Shown here: piece by piece, positions 8,029 through 15,460 of the stretch
How the letters are laid out: every line of letters starts with the position of its first letter
Numbering within the stretch: the stretch's first letter is position 1
Source: a virus
Virus record (IMG/VR): IMGVR_UViG_3300030497_000009
Strand: one strand, 5' to 3'
DNA: 28,521 nucleotides
Notes under the pieces: generated by a model
Seen by the model: only the letters and a program-made list of their open reading frames with translations
Told to the model about the DNA's origin: nothing
Databases searched by the model: none
Translations under genes and position numbers: made by a program

Positions 8029-9741
8029 ATGGCTAGAAACATTGGTGTTAACTTTAATGGTAAACGTATCGTTAGACCAGGAGCGCATAGTCGTATCGAT
8101 TCACAGGGGCTTGGAGCTTTTGGTTCAAGTTCTGAGAAAAAGCTAATTCTCTTGGGTTCATCACAAGGTGGAGAGCCGAATAAGTATCACTCTTTCACGA
8201 ACTATTCTGAAGCGCGTAACACACTTCGTGGTGGTAACTTACTTAAAGCAGCTGAGCTTGCTTGGGCGCCATCTGGTGACGGAGTAGGTGCTGGTGAAAT
8301 CGGTTTCGTTCGTGTTGAAGAAGCAACACAAGGTGTGCTAGACAAAGCTGGATTCAAGTTAACTTCTAAGCTTTACGGCTCTGAAGCGAATAAAATCCAA
8401 GCGAAGTTAGAAGACGGATCAATTGCTGGCTCTAAAAAGCTGACAGTTTATTTCTGGACTGACAACGCTCGTGAGATTTATGACCAACTTGGTCCTGTGT
8501 TCAACTTTAAGTATACGGGCGCTGACGCGTATGCTGGGTTAACTATCCAAGCTGATGCTAACGGTAAAGCTGAGAAGTTCATCGTTAAGACAGGTGCGGA
8601 TAAAGCGACAGCGACTGAACTTGTTGCTTATGACTTAGGGGCTACTGCTGAGTTCAAAGAAGTTAATAAGTTAATCAACGAAATTGGTTCTCACCCAGAG
8701 CTATCTGCTTCTGTTACACTAGCTGGTAACAAAACGCTTGATACAGATGTATTAGATGCTGTGGCTGACCAAGATATTAAAACTCCGTTCATCGTAACTG
8801 CTTTAAAAGGTGACATTGAGAGCCAGCTTGCTTACTCTCGTTTGGTAACTGTGGCGGTTAAAGACGGTGAAGTTGAAAACTTTGAATCCGAGTATTTAAC
8901 TGGTGGTTCAAACGGTTCTGTACCTGCTTCTTGGGCTGACAAGCTTGACTTAGTTTCAGGTGAAGGCGGTTACATTATCGTTCCGTTAACAGCTGACGAA
9001 GCGATTCATGCTGAAGTAGCTCGTTATGTTGAGTCTCAATCGAATAACGAGAAAAACGAAATGCGTGCATTCTACGGTGGTGGAATGGGTGAAACAGTTG
9101 ACCAAGCGATTAACCGTGCTGTAACGTTAAATAGCCATCGTGCTGTTCAATGCTACCCTGCGATTACACGTAAGGCTGCTGACAACACTACAGAATCATT
9201 ACCAGCTTATTTCACAGCTGCACTAGTCGCTGGACGTTCTGCTGGAGTACCTGTTGCTGAGCCTGTAACGTTTGACTATCTAAACCTTATTGGGGTTGAG
9301 AAAGTTCTTTCTTCAGGTGAAATCGACAAGTTACTTGAAAATGGTGTAACGCCTATCGAGTACGTGCGTACACGTAACCGTAAAGGCTTCCGTGTAGCTC
9401 AATGTGTGACGACTTACCAAGATGATAACAACCCATCTTACCGTGAGAACTCTATCAGCGAGTTAATGGACTTCTTGAATATCGAATTACGTGAACACTT
9501 AGAGTCTCGCTTTGTGGGAACTAAGGGTACTGCTGTGACTGGCGCATTAATTAAGAATGAGGTTCAATCGTTCTTAGACCAAAAAGTGCGTGAAGAGTGG
9601 CTAGTAGAATACGATCCTGAAAGCGTTGTTGTGTTAGACGGTGAAGTTGTAGAAGTAAGCTATGCGGCAATGCCTGTTACTAGCGTTAACTACATCTTAA
9701 TCACTGGTTCGTTCTACCGTTCAGCGTTAACAGCATCTTAA
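8029..9741 (+). CDS. Contractile tail sheath protein
   Basis: 570 aa; RPGAHSRID...SEK.L.LGS.QGGEPN, LRGGNLLKAAELAW and a C-terminal sheath domain (E..DFL..ELR..LE..FVG). RBS GGAGGT. Confidence 0.95.
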   Translation: MARNIGVNFNGKRIVRPGAHSRIDSQGLGAFGSSSEKKLILLGSSQGGEPNKYHSFTNYSEARNTLRGGNLLKAAELAWAPSGDGVGAGEIGFVRVEEATQGVLDKAGFKLTSKLYGSEANKIQAKLEDGSIAGSKKLTVYFWTDNAREIYDQLGPVFNFKYTGADAYAGLTIQADANGKAEKFIVKTGADKATATELVAYDLGATAEFKEVNKLINEIGSHPELSASVTLAGNKTLDTDVLDAVADQDIKTPFIVTALKGDIESQLAYSRLVTVAVKDGEVENFESEYLTGGSNGSVPASWADKLDLVSGEGGYIIVPLTADEAIHAEVARYVESQSNNEKNEMRAFYGGGMGETVDQAINRAVTLNSHRAVQCYPAITRKAADNTTESLPAYFTAALVAGRSAGVPVAEPVTFDYLNLIGVEKVLSSGEIDKLLENGVTPIEYVRTRNRKGFRVAQCVTTYQDDNNPSYRENSISELMDFLNIELREHLESRFVGTKGTAVTGALIKNEVQSFLDQKVREEWLVEYDPESVVVLDGEVVEVSYAAMPVTSVNYILITGSFYRSALTAS

Positions 9742-9759
9742 TAAGGAGGTTGATGGGCT

Positions 9760-10230
9760 ATGAAGAATCGAAATAAAATGCTATTAAAGCTTGACTTACA
9801 ATTCTTCGCTACGCAAGAGAAACAGACTGTTCACTCAGGTTCTACGATTCTCTTGATGATTGGGAATAAAGTAGTAGGGCGTGCGCAAGGTATTGACGCG
9901 CGTCGTTCTTTCGGTACTGAGCCGGTTATGGAAATCGGTTCTATCATGCCGCAAGAGCACGTGTACAACCGTTACGAAGGTTCCGTTTCTATTGAACGGT
10001 TCTTCGTTAAGAAAGACAACCTTGCTCAATTAGGCTTCGCTTCACTAGGTGAAGAAGTCTTAAAGCAAGATGTTATCGACATTGTGGTTGTAGACAAAGC
10101 AACGAAGTCTGTTATCCGAGCTTATCGTGGATGCTCAATCCAAGACTACTCTGAGAACTTCCGAGCTAATACCATTTCAGGTGAGAATGCTAGCTTTGTT
10201 TACCTCAAAGCAAGTGACACTACAAATTAA
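9760..10230 (+). CDS. Tail tube protein with a 16-aa N-terminal extension ending in a Prp-type motif
   Basis: KQTVHSG...IGNKVVGRAQ...RSFGTEPVMEIGSIMPQEHVYNRYEGS is typical of Twort-like tube proteins; directly after the sheath. RBS AAGGAGGT 9743-9750. Confidence 0.93.
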   Translation: MKNRNKMLLKLDLQFFATQEKQTVHSGSTILLMIGNKVVGRAQGIDARRSFGTEPVMEIGSIMPQEHVYNRYEGSVSIERFFVKKDNLAQLGFASLGEEVLKQDVIDIVVVDKATKSVIRAYRGCSIQDYSENFRANTISGENASFVYLKASDTTN

Positions 10231-10261
10231 CAAAATTTGTACTAAATGATGACTAACTAGG

Positions 10262-10312
10262 GTACATTAACTGTAAACCTTCTAAGGGGGAGTGCAGTTA
10301 ATGTACTTTTTT
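10262..10312 (+). promoter_or_regulatory. Terminator-like hairpin enclosing the RBS and start codon(s) of the GIY-YIG gene
   Basis: GTACATTAACTGTA (10262-10275) pairs with TGCAGTTAATGTAC (10293-10306), 14 bp with one G-U. An inner CCTTC/GGGGG stem covers the RBS. TTTTTT follows at 10307-10312. Confidence 0.8.
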
Positions 10313-11074
10313 GTTTCAGGAATTTATCAGATTAGGAATGAAGTTAACGGGAAAGTTTACATCGGTAGCTCTTTGCTGGTTGCTAGTCGGTTAAAAGGAC
10401 ATAAAGGTCAACTTAAAAGAAACAAACATCACAACATAAAGCTTCAAAACGCTTGGAATAAATACGGTGCGGAAAACTTTACATTCACGCTGTTAGAAGA
10501 ATGTGCGGAGGAAAGATTAATTGAACTTGAACAGGAGTACATGGATAAATTTGACTCGATCCGAAATGGGTACAACATACGTGAAGCTGGGTCAATTGGT
10601 AGACACTCACCTGAAACAAAAGAGAAACTTCGAATAGTGAACCTCAACAGACCAAAGGAAATAAACGAACGAATCTCAAAGTCAAAGATGGGTCACAGCG
10701 TTTCTCCGGAAGCTCGACGTAAAATTGGTGACGCACAAATTGGAAATAGAAACCGTGAAGGAAAAACGTTTACTGAGGAGAGCAAGAAAAAGATGTCAGA
10801 TGCGCTTCGCGGAAGAAAAATATCAGAAGAGGTTCGACAAAAGATAGTTAATTCCCTCATTGGAAACACAAGAGCAAAGGGCAGAAAGCTCTCCGAAGAA
10901 CACAAACGAAAGATAAGCGAAAGCTTAAACAAGATTGATAAAGCCGAGGTTAACAAACGTCGTTCCGAATCACTACGAGGGCGTAAGCAGTCTGAGGAGA
11001 CAAAACGAAAGATAGCAGAAGCAATGAAAGGCAAGAAAAATGCCAAGAAAAGACCGGATAAGGAAGCAAATTAA
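10301..11074 (+). CDS. Free-standing GIY-YIG homing endonuclease with NUMOD3-type repeats
   Basis: SGIYQIRNEVNGKVYIGSS, conserved R, E (LEQEY) and GYN. C-terminal repeats HSPETKEKL, VSPEARRKI, FTEESKKKM, ISEEVRQKI, LSEEHKRKI, QSEETKRKI. ATG 10301 fits RBS AAGGGGGAG; GTG 10292 is the alternative. Confidence 0.92.
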   Translation: MYFFVSGIYQIRNEVNGKVYIGSSLLVASRLKGHKGQLKRNKHHNIKLQNAWNKYGAENFTFTLLEECAEERLIELEQEYMDKFDSIRNGYNIREAGSIGRHSPETKEKLRIVNLNRPKEINERISKSKMGHSVSPEARRKIGDAQIGNRNREGKTFTEESKKKMSDALRGRKISEEVRQKIVNSLIGNTRAKGRKLSEEHKRKISESLNKIDKAEVNKRRSESLRGRKQSEETKRKIAEAMKGKKNAKKRPDKEAN

Positions 11075-11113
11075 AAGTGAACTACCCTCCTAACTAAATT
11101 GTAATTGAGATAG

Positions 11114-11146
11114 AAGCTCAGGATCCTAGCTATCCTGAGCTTTTTT
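11114..11146 (+). terminator. Rho-independent terminator
   Basis: AAGCTCAGGAT-cctagct-ATCCTGAGCTT followed by a T-run. Confidence 0.85.
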
Positions 11147-11178
11147 ATATTTTCAAAAACACTTAGGAGGAATTATTA

Positions 11179-11577
11179 ATGGAAAACCAAGCTCGTGAAC
11201 TAGGTCAAGGAATTATTCAAGGAACTAATCGTAAACACGAAAAGCATTTCAACTTCTCAGAGTATGACGCTCGTTTCGTTGGAACGTTTGTGTACAAACA
11301 CCCTTCTGTTTTAGACCGTATGCAAATTGGTATTAATAAAGCGAAGATGTTACAAGGTTTACAAGGACAAACAGACGTTTTAACTGATAACATTGCCCAC
11401 ATGGCGGCAACTCTTGGAGTTGTTTTAACGAAGTTTCCAGAGTGGTTTAACCTTGCGGACGTTAGCGAATATGAAATCTTAGAACAGGTGTATGATGAGT
11501 ACACGGGGTGGGTAAACTCCTTTCGAAAGCCTACTAACGCCAACGATGATGCAGGAAATAGTCAAGGAGCCCAGTAA
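11179..11577 (+). CDS. Tail assembly chaperone (short, gpG-like form)
   Basis: Between tube and tape measure; RBS AGGAGG; overlaps the next ORF, which is in the +1 frame. Confidence 0.82.
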   Translation: MENQARELGQGIIQGTNRKHEKHFNFSEYDARFVGTFVYKHPSVLDRMQIGINKAKMLQGLQGQTDVLTDNIAHMAATLGVVLTKFPEWFNLADVSEYEILEQVYDEYTGWVNSFRKPTNANDDAGNSQGAQ

Positions 11578-11962
11578 CAGATTTGATTACTGGATAATGA
11601 AGGAGTGGAGGGTTTTACCAACCTCTCCGGAGTTTCAAAACTTAACAGCTGACCAGAAAGAGTTCCTATGGGAAAACTTTTTACTGGATAATCCAGAAAT
11701 CTCGAAACGCCTTGCGAATCGCTTTGTGGATGAAGACTTCGATAAGGAATTTGAGAAGGCTGAGAAGGTAGCTGTAGAAGCGCAGAACACTTTCGAAGGT
11801 AAAACTGACCAAGACGAAATTGAAGCGATAGAAGAGAGCTACAGCCGTTTTACGGAACAGGACGGTGACTTGCCTGACTATCGTGAGATTTTAAAAGCAA
11901 AAGGTATTGTTTTGGACAACGAACAGCTAGAAGATGTTGATGATTGGGAGGAGGTGGACTAG
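11525..11962 (+). CDS. Tail assembly chaperone C-terminal part (gpT-like), probably expressed by +1 frameshift as a ~260-aa fusion
   Basis: The +1 frame opens after TAA 11513-11515; there is no SD before ATG 11546; TCC TTT CGA lies at 11518-11526. WIMKEWRVLPT motif. Confidence 0.75.
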   Translation, partial: ESLLTPTMMQEIVKEPSNRFDYWIMKEWRVLPTSPEFQNLTADQKEFLWENFLLDNPEISKRLANRFVDEDFDKEFEKAEKVAVEAQNTFEGKTDQDEIEAIEESYSRFTEQDGDLPDYREILKAKGIVLDNEQLEDVDDWEEVD

Positions 11963-11965
11963 TCC

Positions 11966-14900
11966 ATGTCACAGGAAATTAATCTTAAACTGAAAGCTGA
12001 TACCCGTGAAGCCGTTAAGTCGGTGAAAGACCTTGAAAAACAGATGTCCAACATGGAGAATATCGAGAGTAAAGGTAACATGGATAAAGGCTTTCTTTCA
12101 CAAGAAGACGTAAGACGGTTTCAGCGTACAGCAGACCAAGCGGAGCGCGTGTACAGGCAGTTTTACGAGAAGTACAACAAGATAGAGCGTGAATTTGAAA
12201 AGAAGAAGCGTGACCTTGAAGAAGCTCGTAAACGTAACCCAAACTCAACTACGACGGCACAACTTGAACGTGAAGTAAAAGAAGTTGACGCGCGTAGAAA
12301 GATATACAGCTCACAACGAGAAACCGTTGAACAGACTCGACAAAACATTAATACTTCATCCGAGAACATTAACGATATGAACACACCGGGAGCGCTTAAC
12401 GGGATGCTTATGGCGTCTCGTAAGCTACTTCCTATGCTTGGTATTACGTTGGCTGCTGGACAGCTAGCTGGGTTTGCTAAAGACGGGATGAACCAGATTA
12501 AGGTGGACGAGAACTATATGTCCAAGCTTGGTCAGCAGGTTCCCGGATTTAACGGTGACTACGAGAAAGGGCGAATCCAAGCACAGGATACGGGCTTGAA
12601 AGATGGTAACGCTTATTCTGCGATTGACACAATGCAGACTGGTGCTACTTATGCTAATCTCGCTGGTGCGAAAGATTCTAAAGAGCTTTGGACTGCGACA
12701 AACGAGATTCAAACAATGTCTCGTGTTACGGGTGTCGATCCTAACGAGCTAGCTCAACAGTCAGGCACACTCGTTAAAAACGGAACGTTTGACGCGAAGT
12801 CTCTTAAAGGCTTTCGTGAGTCAATGGTTGGTGCGATTAAAGAGACTGGCATGGCAGGGCGTGACCGTGAGTTCATCAACGCTGTAACGGGTTTATCCGA
12901 ACAAGTTGGAAGCGGTCAAATGAAGTTCTCTAAAGATGAGTTTAATCAACTTTTAGGGCTTCAAACGATTCTAGGTGAAACAGGCAAACCAGGATTACAA
13001 GGGCAAAAAGGTGCTGACGTTCTTGGTCAGATTGATGCTGGCGTTAAAGGTAACGATAACGCGGTTGACCTTATGCTTGGCTGGGGAAGTGAATACCAAG
13101 GTATCGAAGGGCGTGCTGAGTTAGAGCGTTTGAAAGCCAAAGGTATCTCTGACCCTGAAGTTGCGCAAAAGTTATTCTCTAATATCGACAAGCTAGGTGG
13201 CGGTAACAAGGATTACCAAGCTCTATTCCTGAAAGACAAGTTTAATCTCTCTATGGAGCAAGCCGATGCCTTACTTGAGGATGACACTCTCGATAAACTT
13301 AAAAAGGGTGGAATGTCTAAGAAAGAGATTAACGCCATCATTAAAGACGGTGGTAAAGAATCGAAGAAGAAGCAAGAGGATTGGCAAGACTCACAAGCAC
13401 AGCGACGTGAAGAGAACGACGTTAAGTGGGAGAATACCAAGAAAGCTGGTGGTAGTCCTCTTGATAAGGCTTGGAACTGGGGTAAAGAACAATTCCTTGG
13501 TCAGTCAGAAGGTGCCCAGTGGGCTGAGCTTATCGGTGGTGCTGGTGTATTAGGGGCTGGTTCTGTACTAGGTGGTAAGAAGCTCTTTAATATGCTTGGC
13601 AATAAGAAAGTCGGTGGAGTGCCTAAAGGTGGTGGTTTCTGGAAAAATCTTAAGAAGCCTTCCATGCCTAAAATGCCTAGTATGCCTAGTATGCCTTCCG
13701 TTCCCGGAGGGGCTACTTCGTTACTTAAAGGTGGACTTGGTGTTCTTGGTTCAGCTGTAGCCATGAAAGAAGCTGGGGATGCTGGTGGCGGTGTAGGTGA
13801 CTGGTTCTTTGGTCACGAAAAAGGGCAAACAGTTTCCAGCTGGAATCCTTTCGAAACTGAAAAGTATAAAGAGGATAAACAAGGCGCACTTTCTAAAGGT
13901 TGGGATTTCATAACTCCTTGGGATACCGGCTCTGAAAAAGAGAAGGAAGAAGAGGAGAAAAAGCCAAAAGAAAAGAAGGCTGAACATAAGGATGAGAAAC
14001 CAAAAGAGAAAAAAGCTGAAAAAGAGCACAAGCCTAGTAAGGAAGAAAAGAAAGCAGATAAAGAAAAGCACAAAGATAAAGAAAGCGCAAAAGCTGATGA
14101 AAAGAAAGCTGATGCTGAAAAAGGTAAAGACGAAAAAGAGAAAGATGTTAATGACATCACCTCTGAAGTAGTTAATATCAACGGTAAAGTCATTAACATC
14201 ATGGGACAACCTACGAAAGAAGAAAAGCCTGTTAAAAAGGCTGACGGTGAGAAGAAGGTTGAAAACCTTGATTCAAAAGTGTTAAAACAAGACCCTCTTC
14301 AAACTGAAGCTGAAATCATTGTAAACCCTGATGCCGACAACAAAAAGAAAGACCCGTTGAAAGCAGAAGTTGAACTTTTAACTAACCCTGAAACTGGTGA
14401 CAAAGACAAGAAGGATGACGCTAAGAAGCTAGTTAATCAATCTCAACGCACTAAAGAGGTTGAAAAAGCTAACATCGATGCGAAGGATAAGCAACTAGAG
14501 AAAGAGATGACTTTGCTTGATCACCAACGTAAGAACATCGATGATTCAAAGATGGTCAACGAGTTTGGTGGGTTCAACGGTCAAGGAAGTCGTACTTCAG
14601 CAAGCGAAGCCGGTGGTGGAGGTATCTTTGGAAAACTTATGGGTGGACTTCTAGGTGGACTTGCTGGTGGAGCAGGTGGAGGAGGTATTCTTGGTTCTCT
14701 ATTCGGTGGACTCTTCGGAGGTGGAAACTCTGGAGGAGGTACAGGCGGTGGTGACACAGATATTTCTGGTGACTTCACGGGTAACTCCAACGCTCAAGTA
14801 GCTTGGAACTTCTTTAAATCGAAAGGCTTTACTGACCAAGCAACTGCTGGTATTCTAGGTAACTTGCAACAGGAATCTGGTCTCGATCCTAACAAGAAAC

Positions 14901-15460
14901 AAAATGGCGGAGGTCCGGGACGGGGTATCATGCAGTGGGAAGCTGGCGGACGCTGGGACGAGCTTCAATCTTGGGCAAAGAAAAACGGTAAAGATCCTCA
15001 ATCCATGGAAACTCAACTACAGTATATGTGGTTGGAAATGAATGGTAAAGACTCTACTGGTTCAAGTATCTTGAAAAAGAAGTATGGTGGTATCGATGGG
15101 CTAAAGTCTACAACCGACTCCAAACATGCTACACAGGCGTTTGAAGACTCGTTTGAGCGAGCTGGTAAACCAAACTACGCAAACCGTTATAAGTACGCTG
15201 ATGGGTTCCTTAATCAGTATGGCGGTACGCAAGGTACTTGGAACTCGCAAACGGCTCAAACGATGACTGGAAACACGAACGGCTCTATACAACCATCGAC
15301 TAATAACACGCAAAAGCTAGAAGTAACCGTTGGTGGAAACATCGATGGAATGTCAAAAGAAAACAATAACGCTGTCACTACGGCAATCACAGAGAAGATT
15401 AAATCAAGCGCTGTTAGTATTGCTTACGAGTTTAGACAGGGGCTGGGAGGAAATCGCTAA
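11966..15460 (+). CDS. Tape measure protein with C-terminal phage-tail-lysozyme-like domain
   Basis: 1164 aa after the chaperones, with helical and G-rich regions. AWNFFKSKGFTDQATAGILGNLQQESGLDP...GRGIMQW...FERAG (about 14789-15223) matches the phage tail lysozyme (lysozyme2) pattern. Confidence 0.9.
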   Translation: MSQEINLKLKADTREAVKSVKDLEKQMSNMENIESKGNMDKGFLSQEDVRRFQRTADQAERVYRQFYEKYNKIEREFEKKKRDLEEARKRNPNSTTTAQLEREVKEVDARRKIYSSQRETVEQTRQNINTSSENINDMNTPGALNGMLMASRKLLPMLGITLAAGQLAGFAKDGMNQIKVDENYMSKLGQQVPGFNGDYEKGRIQAQDTGLKDGNAYSAIDTMQTGATYANLAGAKDSKELWTATNEIQTMSRVTGVDPNELAQQSGTLVKNGTFDAKSLKGFRESMVGAIKETGMAGRDREFINAVTGLSEQVGSGQMKFSKDEFNQLLGLQTILGETGKPGLQGQKGADVLGQIDAGVKGNDNAVDLMLGWGSEYQGIEGRAELERLKAKGISDPEVAQKLFSNIDKLGGGNKDYQALFLKDKFNLSMEQADALLEDDTLDKLKKGGMSKKEINAIIKDGGKESKKKQEDWQDSQAQRREENDVKWENTKKAGGSPLDKAWNWGKEQFLGQSEGAQWAELIGGAGVLGAGSVLGGKKLFNMLGNKKVGGVPKGGGFWKNLKKPSMPKMPSMPSMPSVPGGATSLLKGGLGVLGSAVAMKEAGDAGGGVGDWFFGHEKGQTVSSWNPFETEKYKEDKQGALSKGWDFITPWDTGSEKEKEEEEKKPKEKKAEHKDEKPKEKKAEKEHKPSKEEKKADKEKHKDKESAKADEKKADAEKGKDEKEKDVNDITSEVVNINGKVINIMGQPTKEEKPVKKADGEKKVENLDSKVLKQDPLQTEAEIIVNPDADNKKKDPLKAEVELLTNPETGDKDKKDDAKKLVNQSQRTKEVEKANIDAKDKQLEKEMTLLDHQRKNIDDSKMVNEFGGFNGQGSRTSASEAGGGGIFGKLMGGLLGGLAGGAGGGGILGSLFGGLFGGGNSGGGTGGGDTDISGDFTGNSNAQVAWNFFKSKGFTDQATAGILGNLQQESGLDPNKKQNGGGPGRGIMQWEAGGRWDELQSWAKKNGKDPQSMETQLQYMWLEMNGKDSTGSSILKKKYGGIDGLKSTTDSKHATQAFEDSFERAGKPNYANRYKYADGFLNQYGGTQGTWNSQTAQTMTGNTNGSIQPSTNNTQKLEVTVGGNIDGMSKENNNAVTTAITEKIKSSAVSIAYEFRQGLGGNR
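13658..13702 (+). repeat. 9-bp in-frame tandem repeat (P-x-M)x5 in the tape measure gene
   Basis: CCTTCCATG CCTAAAATG CCTAGTATG CCTAGTATG CCTTCCGTT = PSM PKM PSM PSM PSV. Confidence 0.8.

Noticed and set aside
9753-9776. Short out-of-frame ORF (MGYEESK*) overlapping the tube start
   Set aside because: The ATG is only 2 nt from the SD; ATG 9760 has normal spacing.
298-10257. 10-mer GATGACTAAC present at 298-307 and 10248-10257
   Set aside because: Many 10-mer matches are expected by chance in 28 kb, and the first copy overlaps coding sequence.
11075-11110. GTGAACTACCC, reminiscent of IS200/IS605-family end or omega-RNA 5' sequences
   Set aside because: Only about 11 nt of resemblance, with no subterminal hairpin and no tnpA, tnpB or iscB nearby.
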